Of a stretch of DNA of 64,000 nucleotides, positions 22,836 to 36,749 are shown piece by piece (within the stretch, counting starts at the first letter, position 1; every line of letters begins with the position of its first letter). The notes under the pieces are model-generated. The model searched no databases, was not told the DNA's origin, and was given only the letters and a program-made list of their open reading frames with translations. Source of the stretch: Lytechinus pictus (lineage: Eukaryota); NCBI RefSeq assembly GCF_037042905.1, contig NC_087250.1, positions 11,534,001 through 11,598,000 of the forward strand. The letters are read 5' to 3'. The position numbers were made by a program, and so were the translations under genes.

Positions 22836-23173
22836 CTATGCCTTGTACTCCGACTTGGGTGTCAGCGAGCCCTGGTTCGGATGCACCACCCCGGGTCCGC
22901 CTCCTCCGCCCACATTCCCTCCGACCCCGCCCATCTCGTCCTGCCATTTGTCCTGACTCCGCCTCCGGGCGTTCATGAAGAAGTTACTGACCGTGCTGAG
23001 CTCCAGACCCAGCTGCTGGGAGATGGTGATCTGCATCTCCTTCGAGGGGCGTTTGTTCTCCTTGAAGATCGCGTGGAGGGTGCGTCGTTGGAGGTCGGTG
23101 AAGACAAGGCGTGGTTTCTTGATGTGGCTGTTCTGTGACGGGCTCTTCGCATCGTCTTCCTTCTTTTTGCAGG
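22836..23173 (-). CDS. onecut: Onecut/HNF6 transcription factor, last coding exon (linker, homeodomain and short Gly-rich tail)
   Basis: Encodes KKPRLVFTDLQRRTLHAIFKENKRPSKEMQITISQQLGLELSTVSNFFMNARRRSQDKW (F48/M50 Onecut-type homeodomain, about 23123-22944). Acceptor tatgctacag|CC TGC AAA in phase 1, the same position as the vertebrate ONECUT intron (A|A-C-K). Stop TAG. Confidence 0.97.
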
Positions 23174-23240
23174 CTGTAGCATAAAGATACAAATAAAAAC
23201 AAACAGAAATGAGCTTTTGGCTAAATGATAAAAAGAAACA

Positions 23241-23468
23241 GGGTCATGTGGTCCAGTGGTAATAATTGCAAGGTTGTGATTTCGAATCGTCTCCACTTTG
23301 ATAAAAGGCCTGAGAGTAATATCTGCCATCTATCAGGTCAGCCAATATGACTGATTAAACTAGATGTAGAATTTTTCCTAGTTAATTGGTCATATACCAG
23401 CTTGACATTTACCAGCAAAAGCCTGTCCTGCAGAGTTCCTACGGGGGTTACCATAAACAGAAACAGAA
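23241..23468 (+). mobile_element. Degenerate tRNA-derived SINE about 70 bp from the onecut acceptor
   Basis: TGGTCCAGTGG A box, TTCGAATC B box, (AAACAG)n-like tail. Confidence 0.5.
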
Positions 23469-26439
23469 GCGGAAGTGTATTAAGATAAAAACTGAATGAT
23501 TTTGGTGGAGGTCCAATGAGGATTTTGGTCAGTTTTTGTTAATTTTGGGCACATGTTGACGGAATTTCAAAATATAACTTATATTAAGCACAAGAAGGGC
23601 TGATACATAAGCAACAATATCCCAGTTTAACTCAATTTTGCAAAGAGATGGACTAGGGTCATTCATTCTTACATCTGACTGTATATACTCATGTACATGA
23701 ACATTTTTGGTAAATGATGAATGAAATATATATGAAAAAAAAAGAACAATCATTATTAGTGACAGTGGATTATTCAGACATTCATTAAATCAGATTAGAA
23801 AAAATGCCTAAACTGAATAAAAAGAACTCCATTCAAATGCATTCGCTTAAATGCAGCCGCCATTCAAAAGCTTTTCAGAATCATCTTTACTATGTGAAAG
23901 CAATGCACGAAAAATTCACACGGCAGTCTGAATTATAAGCAAACCATTAGTTAAAAACTTAAAGCTAGATCAAAAGTAGGATAAGAGTACAATGGAATAT
24001 GGAAACAAAACATTTGTCCATGAATAAAAGAGAAGAAAAAATAGGTTAGTTAAAATATGAAAATGAAAGCATGGGAAGAGAGTCAGTTAGTATCCATGAT
24101 TTACTTCGGTTTTCCCACCGTTTTGATGAATTTTCTTGTTGTGTTTGTCCTTTGTTTGCTACCATCCCTCAACCTTGTTTGTCATTGTCAATGAGTAGAT
24201 TTTCTCATTCATTATTCAAATATATACCCCTGCAATGTGATGTGTATTCAAATGCATCTCTCTCTCTCTCTCTCTCTCATCTCTTCTCCCTCTTTCCTTT
24301 ATATCTGTCTTCTCCTTTCCCCTCTCCCTCTCTCTCCCCTCATTTAATATCCCCCTTTTTTCCATTCATCTTTTTTCTTCCTACTACATACTCTCTTTTC
24401 TTCTGCCTCCATTCCCTTCCCTTTAGACATTCAAAGTTTTCCACTCTTCTCTCTTTCTGATTTTCTTCCATTCCTCTTTTTCCTTGCTTGTTCACTATCT
24501 CATTAATTGCTCTTTCCCCTCTCCGGCATTCACTTTCTTCTCTTTACAGCAGTTTTCTCTCACTTTAACCATGGACCTACTAACTTTTCCCTCTCTGCTT
24601 TTTTCTCCCCTACTTTATTTTACCTCTCTTTTCCTTCTATTCCATGTACCTTTTCTCTCACTCCCCCCCCCCCCCTCTTTCACTCTAACTCTCTTTGCCC
24701 CCTTCTCTCCCAACACTATTTGCTTGAAAAGTATATTTTGGAAACAAAAAGGCTATGAGAATTCAACAGATGATGTAGCAGACTTTGCAGACACTGTGTC
24801 CATATCAGAATGTGTAATATAACAATACAATGAATATACTTATACTACTGAAGGCCAGGCAGTAACACAATAAAAGTGGTATATAACATAATATACTATA
24901 GGGGATAGATTAATACATATCTCAACCTGGAAATTTTATTTCAGATATATTTATAGTTTCAGTATTTTATTTTACATAAAATAATGCAAGCCTGAAAACT
25001 TTCATTTTGAACCTTATTTCTTCCTCCCCACAGCTCTCTTTTTCTACATTATATATTTTTCAAATGTACATACAAAAGTATTTACAGATTATCTAAGTCT
25101 GTATTGTGCCAAAAATATACTGTATGTTGATAAGGATTGCCCTAAATTGTTCCTCTTTTCTCTATCTTCCTAAAAATCTGTTTCTGAAGAAAAAATATTG
25201 CATGATTTTAAAAATTCACGCTCATACATGCATGCATACATGCTTCCCTTCATAACCAGTAAAACTAGCGCTGATATTTCACTGCATTGGCATGAAAAAA
25301 ATGTCATGAAGAAAAAAAAAGTAATCCAGTTTAGCGTCTGTTAATTAGACCCAAAAATATGTATATTGTCAAGCTGTGGTTGCTAATACCCTTAATCCAT
25401 GTGTAATCCCTTTAATCCTCTTCCCCCTCCCCAGTTCTGGGGTAAGGGATCTAACTCTAGGGGTCCATGTTGGTACCAGATGGGCCAACAATGGTTTAGA
25501 GAGGGGGGCAATTTTACCCCCATTGTCCCAAATAGTACTCCTTCATTCATAGCTACATGTACTGTGTATCTTAATAATAGGTGTACAAAATATATTTTGG
25601 TAGTATTCAAACCCCTGTCCATCATTATACTCCAACAAAAAGGGAATTTAAAAGGCTGAGGGCTGGGATATCTTAATAGTTAAGTTTACAAAACAGGTCT
25701 TTAATCTATAACCACTGTCATATCTTTTGGGCCCTTTTCAGATGTGAGTCTTTAAAAGACAACTTAATTGACAGAATAGTTATATGTTGACAGCTAAGTT
25801 ACAAAACATAAAACTGGGTGCAATTGGGTTCTTAATCTTTGTCTTGTTTTACTCTAGCAAGAAAAAATACAACAGACTAAAATTATACACAAGGCAATGA
25901 CAACATTGACATTCTTTCTCTCACACTTCCAACTCATTTTCCCTCTGTCTCCACTAATGAAATAATGGTTTAACAAAGATTAAGACACAAAGAGTTGCAT
26001 AAATCCTTTTCACAGTTAGATAACTTAGATTCTTCAATACATTCCAAATATCTGTATTTTTACCCTAAAATTACAAATTGTAGTCAGAAACTCCAGTGGA
26101 TTTACATAATTTTGATGGTGATATATTTGTTTTTATAGAATGCCATGCAACTTCTTCCATTCTTCTTACTCTCTCCCTCTCCTCTCTATCCCTCTCTCTC
26201 TCTCTTTCTCTCTGTGACTTTCTTACTTTCTTAGTTATGACTAACGCCCCCACCCCCTCTCCCCCATATACCAAAACCAATAACCAACTTGTGGGAACTT
26301 CAGCCCCGAATACCATCTGTGTAAATTACATTCCAGTCAGCCAGTCAAAATTGCATGCCATTATCCTTTCTCTCCCCTCAAAAAACATATTGCAAATTAA
26401 CATCATGTACAACTTAAGCTTGCCTAGGCCTCATAGCCA

Positions 26440-26690
26440 TGCATGCCGCTAGCAAACAAATTATCGATTCATAAGAATCAATATTGTTCTTTTCTAATTA
26501 AAATAACTTTTTTTTCCTTGGCAAAAGCGGGGAATAATCTAATTAAACACGACAGGGCTAAGTTGGCGAGATATTGCGAGGAAAAGTCGTGGGGGAAACC
26601 ATTGAGTATACCGCGGCCGGAAATAAATGGAGAAATTCATAAACCTCCCTCGAAGAATCAAAAGCAATGTCATTTGTTTTGTTAGTCTTA
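26440..26690. promoter_or_regulatory. Candidate intronic enhancer
   Basis: ATCGAT 26463, AATCAATA 26476, Sox ATTGTT 26483, P3 palindrome TAATCTAATTA 26535-26545; CpG-containing island. Confidence 0.45.
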
Positions 26691-27721
26691 TTTCTTATCA
26701 TAAGATAAGATAATAATCGCACATCTCACACAACTTGAGAAGGCAATATAGCCAGGATGAGGCGTGGGTTCAGAGCATGAAGGTTCTAAGTGTATGTACT
26801 TAGTTAAAACAAGTCCTTCTCCTACTAATACCATCCAAGTATGTCAGGAACTCATTGCAAAAGTTGCGGTTCCTCAACCCACTTCTTCAATATACCTGTA
26901 GCATTATCAGGTCATCATATAGTTTTATAGAAAAAATTGCAGATTTCATATTGAATTATGAGCCTAATATCATGAAAATACAATAATGAAACAATGATTT
27001 TTTGATAGATTTTTGTATTTAACTGTGAACCAAATATCTTAAATACACATTGCAAAAATTAAATGCCATATCAGCAGTTTTTGGGACAAAATTTTTTAAT
27101 TTTTCAACAATTTGCACTTAGTTGCTTTGTTTTCTCATTGCAATGACTGAGAGAGAATTCAAAGTTTATTCATTTATCATGATATTTGTTAATATACTAA
27201 TCAATATAATTCTTAGAAATAGTTCTACATTTACAAATAAAATGGTATCACTTAAAAGATGGCATCTCATACCAATCTGTAACTCCATCTTCCACTGTAT
27301 TCTTAAAGAAGTAACCTGTTCAAGCACAATTTCCACAAACCCACAAAAGACGATACACATTTTGCCTTGCTAATAGCTCACCCTCAGGGGCAGTGCATGT
27401 TATCCGAGATTTCACTCACAAATATTCACTTGCTAAAGATACTCTGAGGCAGGCCGCCACCAAATTTGGGAGAAAATGGCAGCGATATATTATAAGTGGT
27501 GTAAAAGCGTTTTAGCCTCGGGTCGTGGTGGGAGATTGGGACAATGCGGAGTCTTATTGAATTAATGGCGGAAAACTAGATCCAGTGCCAATTTAATTGA
27601 TTTTGTAATTTGTAGCTAGTTTTGCGTTTTCATCGAGAGCTGAAGTGCAAGTGAATGAATATAGTGATGATTTCAGAAGAATTGTTTTATTTTCTGTTAC
27701 TGCAGAAGACACCAATGGGCC

Positions 27722-27818
27722 TACAGTCAAACAGGTCTATCATGCCCCCCCCCCCTCCCGGGGAAACAGAGAATGTGGCCACTGTAAACAGGTGGCCACA
27801 AAGACAAGTTTGACAGTA
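27722..27818. mobile_element. Tc1/mariner-type MITE remnant
   Basis: TA|CAGTCAAAC ... GTTTGACAG|TA; related remnants at about 50112-50278 and 52226-52378. Confidence 0.55.
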
Positions 27819-29639
27819 TCTGGTTTTAGTGAGTTGGAATCACAAATTACAGACAAATTAATCTTTAAAAAATATTATGCAAATTGAATTTGGAATTCAT
27901 CAAGTGCTTCCATTCAGAACATAACATCTCAAAACTTAAACATAAAAGGAAAATGCACTTTAGAATTTGCTAGGAACATCTTCTAATAAATCTAATATTT
28001 TCCATTTATCTCATTTAATGTTTGCCTTGTATGTTGGAAATATTAGTTCATTATTAAATAGAAAACCGATTCCAATGTAGCAATGTGAATGCACAAATGA
28101 TTCATGGAAAAGAATTCATACTGTGCAGTGTATGCATGCTTATTATGCAAAACAATGCAATTAATAACTGAATCATAATTGAAGTATACATTAATAACAC
28201 TTTAAAAGAAGACAAAGTATTTCAAATTTAAGGACAGCAAATAATATATATATATATTTATATGAAAAGTAAGATTTTAAGATCCATTAATTTTCCTATA
28301 ACTGCCTAGAACAAACTAAGGACTCATGCTCCATTGTTATATTTCAGATATTACCCAAACAATAAGAAAGCATGATAAAAAATATGCCAAAAAGAACAAT
28401 ATCACAACACGTAGGGAATGGGAACAAAGAAGTACAAATAATGAGGAATAAAATGCTATTTTGAACATTTAAAAATTGATTCTATTGGGAAATATCTGCT
28501 AAAAACAACAATTTCCGCTTTTGTTCAACAAAAAAAGCACCACTGAACATGTGCTCAAAATACATTGTCCCATCTTTTGTTGCAAAAGAGTGCTTAAAAG
28601 GGTGTTCAGAATCCTTGAAAAGAGTTCAAATTCCCACTTATTATCGTCTCACGCTGCTCTCCATACATGCGCTGCATTACCCTGCCATAGGGATAAACCT
28701 GTAATAGAGCCCCTCTTTAACACAAAGGTAAATTTTATCTGCCCATTTCCCGTTCAGAGGCGTTCCAAAAGTACGAACCGAATTTGGAGAATGTACTTCT
28801 GGCCTGGAGACAGTAACTGGAATCCGCAATCACTTCACGTGAAGTATTTGAAAACTGAGCAACGATTACTCACCCTCGACCCGTGTTTATTGCCCTTTTT
28901 TTCGGTATTTTAAACACTGCAGCTTGGGTATGATAGCCTATAGCTGGTTCAATTGGTTTTTAGTTTGCTTTAAAGTATTAAATAGTGATTTGTTAGTGCA
29001 GGGTGGAATCAACAGTATGAAGTGCAAAGAAACAATATGATGAAGGGCCTTTTATAGGTTGTAATTGATATTATTATTAGACATATTATGATGGACTGCC
29101 TTTTATATGTTGTAATTGATATCATTATTAGAAATATCACTAACTGCTGAAAATATTTGTTTTTATAATGTTCAGTTAATTAGCTGGGCTTTGCATATAT
29201 ATGCCTATCAAAAAAATAATAATTAAATTAAGACATTAATTAAAGAAATCTATGAAGTGCTTGGAAATAAGGAGTAAGTACCTAATTTGCTGTTGCTACA
29301 ATTTGTCTTTTTAATACCCTTAACCTATGATATATGATTTAAAAAAAAAATCAATATAACGATATGACATTTAAATTGCAAAGATTCAAAATCAGAAAAT
29401 AGAACTTAAAGCCTAGTACAATGTTGACTCAACTCCCAACCCTTTCAACAACAAAAAAAATAATAATGAAAAAGTAGACTACTGTACTGGATAAGATTTT
29501 CCTGACCCACTGATGTTTATGATAAAGCTTCAAAATAATGAAACTCTATCATCAATATCAATATAATACAAAATCTTGAGCAAAATTCAGTTTACTCCCA
29601 ACATTGCCTAAAATAAAGAACTAAAATAAAAAGCAGAAC

Positions 29640-30041
29640 TTAAAGATAAATTCCAGTTATGGGAACGATCTCAAAATGACTTTTTACAGAATTTAATATA
29701 ATGATTACCAAAGTGTCTGTTTGTATGAATAAAAAATATGTGCCAAAGGATTCTGGAAGAAATTTTGTAATTGCAGAGAAATAAGCAAAATAAGCGCGGA
29801 TTCGGTCACTTCTGTCGGTTCTTTATTCCAGCAATAATAATACACTGTCCCACGTGTGCCTATCTGTGTTGGCGATCTTCAGTGTGATCGTTTTTTAGCT
29901 AGATATTATGATTTCACAAAGTTCAGTTTATGTAACTGTACCAGATCGAGATCCACGATGATATATCAATACTTTATCTTGGTTTTACAGACTTTCTCAC
30001 GAAATCAGTGTTTCACTGCAACTACGATCATTTAGCTTTAA
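29640..30041. mobile_element. TTAA-flanked non-autonomous DNA transposon (Kolobok-like)
   Basis: TTAA|AGATAAAT ... ATTTAGCT|TTAA short imperfect TIRs. Confidence 0.6.
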
Positions 30042-31064
30042 GAATATCCTCAACCAATGATCTTTTCCTCTCTGCCCGTTTGGTGGCCCTAACCAAAAAT
30101 CAAGAGCTGCAGCGCGCTACTCTCTTTCCGCGCTTGATTGTGCAGGGGGCATAATCCATTTTTCTCGCAGCTGAAAAATGACAACAGCGCCCCTGCTAGT
30201 ATACACAGGGTGTATTTAATTTGGTAATTGAATTGGTTTAAAGTAGACAGTATTGTGAGGAGATGAAGAAGATGTTTTGGATGATATTTCTCCAGGGGGC
30301 CGCTGGGTTTAAGCTCGTTTAAAAAATCTGATTGTGGTGTGGATGATGGCTAATACAACACTATCCACCTTGCTAACTTCCTTTTTCAGCTCTTCATTTG
30401 CCTACCATCACAGGTTCTATCCTTCCATCTTCTTTTCAATCAAGTGAATGAATTTTACTCTTCCCCAAATACCTGTGTGTTATCCTACTTTCAATATTAT
30501 ATCTTGATTAAAATTATGCAAATTATTTTGTTTTACTGTCTTTATAAGTAGTTTGTTATGTGTGTCACTATTAGCATTTCTGTTCTACTAACCCTGTTCC
30601 AATATTACATTTATATGTGGCATTGGTGTAACCATATATGAACATATCTGAAATTGCAAAAGCTCTTATACAGATAAAGGAAAACTAAAATTGCAGAAAA
30701 AAACTAAATATAAAAGAACTGATATTAGCTTAAAAGGTGACCTCTTACACTCCCGATTGTAGCTTTGATCACCGACATTGCTGATACATTGACCTCAATA
30801 ATTTTCTTTCTTTTATATCAGGGGGAGGGGGCTGGCAAACAGCTTGTTAGATGTACTTCCTTTTCTCTCTCTTTCTTTCTTTTCTCCTCCTTCCTCAGTA
30901 ATTTTCATTCCTTATTTTTCCTTCTTCTCCCAGCTTCCTCTTTCTTCCTTACTCTTCATAATACTTTAATGACTATTACGTTCTTTTTCCCATCCCCTTC
31001 CCTCTTTTTCTCCCCCTCAATCCCTCTCTCCCCCATCCATTTCCCCCTCCCCAAGGAAGGGGCA

Positions 31065-31290
31065 CTTTGTTTGCATAATCAATTAATGCACAATTAGGCT
31101 CCCGCTCCCAGGCATTGTAGGGCATATGGTCGGCTAATCCCAAGGGCTTCCTGTGTAATAAATTATGCATGTTTGCCAAAGAACGGATGGGGAGCGAGAC
31201 TAATCCATCATTTGTTTAGCCATGATTCATAAATCAATCAAATTGATGAAGTGAAGAGGGCTCCGGGACCCAAATAACTCTGCATGACTC
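31065..31290. promoter_or_regulatory. Candidate intronic enhancer
   Basis: TAATCAATTA 31076, TAATCC 31135 and 31201, AAATCAATCAAATTGAT 31231. Confidence 0.45.
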
Positions 31291-32860
31291 TGGTCGAAGA
31301 AAGTAGGATAGGAATAAAATCTATTTTATTTCTTCTCAATCTATCTGTTTTTGTTTCAAATTCAATCTTATTTGTTCTTTTATTCTATTTATTAAATTCA
31401 TACATGGTGGACTGTTTAAGGCCTCTCTCATATGTTATTCTATATAAAATAATATATTGCTATCATTTGGCTATTCATTAATTTTGATTCTTTTCATGTA
31501 TCTACATAATATATTCAGTTTTATTCAAATTATAAAAAACTGCTAATTGTGCCTGATTATCATTGATTGATTGATTCATTCATGTTTTGTCAATATTGTA
31601 TAAGGATAAATGATTTTTCATCTCATTATGGTATGACCCATTGACAACTAAGAATTGTAATTCCCTTGTCTGGGTATAGTGTACTACCTGTAAATAAAAT
31701 ACATTCATATCAGCATAAGATAAGCTACATGATCCATTTCTTTATAAATCACAAAGAGCCAGACCTTCTATTCCTCATGAAACCATTAAAATTTTGTGCG
31801 GCGTATTCCATTATCTCTTACCATTTTATCATCATTCACATGATAATTCCTATTAAAAGAAAACAAACCAAGAAACTAATATGTGTATTATTTCAAGTCT
31901 ATGATTCTAGCACAGTGTGAACTGATTACATTCATCAATTCAGGTAAATCAGGCATAAATAGAGAAATTATATAGAAAACACACACCTTTTTAGTGTAAG
32001 GTGTATAGGACTATGAGCGTTTTAACAAAGGCCTATAGAAGGTGTAAGGTATGATAAGCAAACAAGCAATAACATATTGGGCATACAGGGTTGTACATAA
32101 ATTTATTTATAATATACATTTTTTGTACTACTAGTCAGAGCATAAACCGCCCTGGGTTAACAATTCATTCACCAAGCTACACCAATGCCCTTTTAGCACT
32201 GAAGCTACGAAATGCTTCAATGTACATTGAACAAAGTAAGGTCCTCTTAATAGATCAATGTCATATACATTTCCCATAGACCTCAACATATATCTACACG
32301 TACTACTTTTTATAGATTAATGTACCATTCATCCTTTATCACTAGGGTGTCCAAGTGCTCAATGCACTCTGCAATGGGCCTTTTAATGGTCAATTCCTTG
32401 ACTTACTTCTCAGAGTCGCATTTTTCAATCACTCCTGGATTTTGGCGAGAGAAAGAAAAAAAACTGTCTCGTATAGGTGAGCAGCCCTTGATAAGGAGCT
32501 AAGAAGCCGATCGATTAATGACAATTCTCCCCCGCTTGTCCAACGAGTGGCTGAGAGTTTTCCTTGTGTAATGGGAGATGCCATTGAAAGCAGTTTGACA
32601 CATGGGTGGAGGGGGCTGAGAGAGCGCTCGCAGCGCCGCAACCGGAAAACTCAACGGTTTGGGGGAGAAGAGTGGCTAGCGTCCCGAGACTCATTGTCAG
32701 TCAAGCGCGTAGAAGGGGTATTCTCGATGGGGACGAATCTGTTAATAAAGGGATTGGTTAAACATATTTTTGTCATTCAATGAATTTTTTGCCAGGTATT
32801 GATTCCTTGAAGGAAAAATTTGAAAACAAATGCACCTTGTTCTAAAAAAATTGTCATGTA

Positions 32861-33118
32861 TGGTGGCTCAGTGGTCAAGCACCTACCATATGAACAGATT
32901 GTAGGTTCAATAAACAATCAATCAGAAAATCTGTCCACTCTTGGTGGCCAAGTGGTCAAGCATGCACCCGCAATATGAACAGAAAGTTGTTGGTTCAATA
33001 AACAATCCATCTGTAAATGTGTCCACAGATGGTGGCCCAGTAGAAGTTGCAGGTTCAATGATCAATACCTTCTTCTTTGTTAATGTTCCCTTACATGGTG
33101 GTTCAGTGGTCAAGCACC
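32861..33118 (+). repeat. Tandem array of 4 degenerate tRNA/SINE-head units
   Basis: TGGTGG(C/T)..AGT(GGTCAAGCA)...GGTTCAAT units at 32861, 32942, 33030, 33096. Confidence 0.7.
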
Positions 33119-36100
33119 AGCCAATGTACTGAAACAAATTGAATTATTTTTTGTAATAACATGATTGTTTCAAAGTACTTGCTAATAAAGGTAAATGATT
33201 TTGGTTGAAGTGTGATATTGTTCCATTGATTATGTTTTGCAGAAGGATTTTTCAGGTGCAATATGTTTTCAGGGTTTTATTTTTACAACAAATAGGACCT
33301 TACAGCTTGGGTTTTTTTTTAAGTCAAATCCATGTTAACCATTGCCATTAAGACAACATTGCTCCATTATTTGCAAGATATGATTTTGTTCAAGGAAGTC
33401 CTCATCCCCACTTACTACAAACATTATATCACTCAACAGTCTACACACTATACTGGAAGTACAGGAAAAATATGCAAATTCTGAGGAAGGTAACCTGACA
33501 CAGGCAGCGACAACCGCCATTCTGGAGTATTTTAGTAGAAGTTGTAGGGGTAGATAGTAAAAACTATCGCATGGCACACGGCGGAGGAAAACGAACCCGG
33601 TGCAGGAGCGGAAGAGGAAATAGTATGACTTTAGAACACTAATGGGTCCATTCTCATCTCCCTTGCATGGCAAACAAGGTGGTAGTAGCTCCAAAAGCAG
33701 AGAAGAGAACTTGATATGGGCAGGCTTTTCCCTGTCGACTCCCGTCTCGAATACCAGTAGGAACGGCTGCCCCGCGACGTGGGATCGAGAGGAAACGCTG
33801 ACTAAGAGAGGGAGAGGTGTCGCTTTCAGCACACAAGTAATGTCAAATATTCGCTATCATGAGAGAAACGTATGCCAGGGACTCAAAACGCAGACAAAGA
33901 TTTCTCAAAAGCTCCATTCACTGTTGGTCCAAGTTTTCCTACAAATATTGTAAATACTTAGTAAATGCGCCGTGTATACAGAATACAATTTGAAAGGAAA
34001 ACAGAGTGCGTGGCAGAAGGAGAAAAGTTTCAATTGCCTGTCCTTAAAAAAAATTCATTTCAAATCAATGTTTTGGTATTGAACTCAAAAAGGTAAATGA
34101 ATATTCAATTTTGCACTAATTCCTTGAATAAGTGCAGTAGAATAAATTTGACACTTTGTTAGTATAGTCTGTGTATTTCATAGACCCAAGAGGTTTAAAC
34201 GCTGAAATAAATGTATGAATGAATAAATGAGGTTAAGTAGGGAGTGATTTTCGCTTACGCTATGTTACACTTCGAAAACATGCACACGTATTGGTGTTAA
34301 CACATCAGGGTCTAGTCTCCAGGATCCACCATCATATTGTATTGAAAGAAACTTGAATCAATGTTGGTGTAAACACACCGGAGAGATACTTGAATGAGAA
34401 AACTTTCATAAATCATGCTACACTGAAAGAAACGTGAGGAAATTTTGATGTAAACACACCTGGAACATTGTTAGCCAGGCCAAACGTGTTTGGTCATCGA
34501 TACCCTTTGTCAGGTGAAGTTAAGTGCTCTTTAGTGCGGCACCACTTCCGAGAGCCCACACTCTTCCTCCAAAAGATGTTTGATTATTAGGCCTGTTTCC
34601 TTGAGCAGAATCCCAATAGAATAGCTTTTTAAGGAAGGTATGACTAGCTGAGAGCATCTTGATGCTCCACTTCAGTAGTGGTATCCTACCATGATGATGA
34701 GAATTCATTTGACTCATTTGGTCTATTGGTTCTGACGTTCGTCTTTCAATCATCAGGTCGGGGGTTCGAATCCTGGTCATTCTATGTTTTCCTTCAGCAA
34801 GAACTTTACCCCACATGAAAGGAGTACAACTATTGTTAATATGGTAGGAAATAATGGGAAAGAAAAAAGGAAATAACAACAGAGCTTTAGAAAAAGGTTT
34901 TAGTGGGATACTTGAAGTTCATCTAAGCGCAACTTAAGAAAAGTAAAAAATCAAGGAAAAGGTTATCTTCTAACAAACAGCCAAGGAATTGCTTGGTTGA
35001 AGAATACTTTGCATTTTGCAATTGATTCCTAGCTTTCTATTACAGCCTAACCCTAACCGAATACTTTCCATTTTGGAAATTGTACCTGAATTAACGTTTC
35101 TTCCCACAGATAATTATGACGCCTGTATTTACTCTCCACTCCGGGTTCCCTCAGGGCGCGGTACGCTCTCCTGTTTCATTCTAACTTTCATTGGTGAGGA
35201 ATCTAGGCCTCATTTTGGTCGCTAACTTCATTACGGTCATTTCGGTGATAATGTTACCCCATCACAGTCCTTAAAAAGAAAACCCTGAATTTTATCCACG
35301 CCGCCGTTCTTCTCACTCTCTCGGTTTTCTCTAATTCAGTTCCGAAGATACATTGTTTGTTGATTTCTGCCATTGGGTGTGTAGAAGGATCTTTAACAAA
35401 TGCTTCTTTTTTTACCATAAACACTCCTCTTCCCTCGCTCCTTAATTTTCGTTAAATTTTGCAAGAAATCCAGTTCGCGTTTCGGTCCCGAAGCACTTAC
35501 AAGTTGCGGAATTGATTTCGCCCAAAACAAATTCCCACTTGAGGAAATAAAAGAGATCACACGACACCTGTGTTTCTAGAGTTCTTTCCCAGCAAGTGAC
35601 AATTTACACATTTCATAGATTTTTTTTCCATGTATGTCCAAAAAAAATAGATTTGTCTACAATTTTCAATATAATGCAATAAAATATCTAACAACAATTA
35701 TAATAATCATTCATATCATAGTGATAGACCATCTTATTATGATGTTAACTATATAATGACAATGTTTCTCTGTCAGTTGGTAAATTTTCCACTTTCAATA
35801 TATGCACAGGTGCTGCTGAAACAAATTTCAGGTAATGAATCATATGTATAAATCATAACTATCAAGAATAAATAGGCCTACATGACAAATCTACAAACGT
35901 TTAAATCATGGGCTAGTAATGTTTGGAACTTCAAACATAATTCATTGAGGATTTTGAATGTGTAAGCATTTAAAAAACATCCCATGTAATGAATCTTTAA
36001 AATCAATAATATATTTTGGTCCTAAATAAAAAGGAAATATCATGTAAAGACCTTAAAAACAAATATTGCATGTTGATTGCTAAAGTGATTTTAAATCTGC

Positions 36101-36749
36101 GTAGCTATCAATGTATTTTGGGAACAAAGAGGGAACTACACAAGATAGGTAACTTTGCCAGTCATTTAACATCTACTAAAGATAGTTGTGTTTTTTTTTC
36201 ATGAAATGCCCTATCAGTTGTTATAAGCCCTTTCATGGTTGGTATATAAGAACTGGAGAGAAAGGAATAAATGGAAAGAAAGACAAAAGTAAGAAAGATA
36301 GAAAGATTAAAAAAAACAAAGCAAGAAAAGAAGAGAAAAATACTATAAAAGGCTATGACCTTTAAATGACAAACAATCTTTTTCACATGTTTAGGTTATC
36401 TTTCTTTTTAAAACAGATAGAGAGGTATAAATAAAGAAAAGATATCATAAAAAAGAGAAAAACATAGTCAAAAGCCAAAAGACTGCAGTAGTTTAAGTCT
36501 TCCAGAATACAATATTTGGATCTTGTTTTAGGCAATTTAGGCAAATAGAATCTGCACATATTTATAACTGATTTCAAATTTCATTATTGAAAACAGTAAA
36601 TTTGAATTTATTTAAATCAATTTTTAAATTTTAGACCACCATCTTGAAAGACACCATAGCAACTGTCCTCCAAGTTCACCATCCCCAAGATCTACATCCC
36701 CTAGAAGCACACAATATCACTATAGATACGGATGAAGCAAGCAAGCAAG

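Noticed and set aside
22760..22838. Stop-codon readthrough of onecut into the GC-rich downstream sequence
   Set aside because: TAG is followed in frame by CTG TGA TGA, so there is no meaningful extension
33335..33953. 165-aa and 103-aa ORFs as a possible alternative onecut linker exon or nested gene
   Set aside because: No recognisable domain, and no convincing splice-site pair with phase 1/1 was found by eye
34470..34520. Second hammerhead-like motif on the minus strand (CTGACAAAGGGT...ACCAAACACGT)
   Set aside because: Lacks both G8 and the GAAA core; at most a decayed remnant
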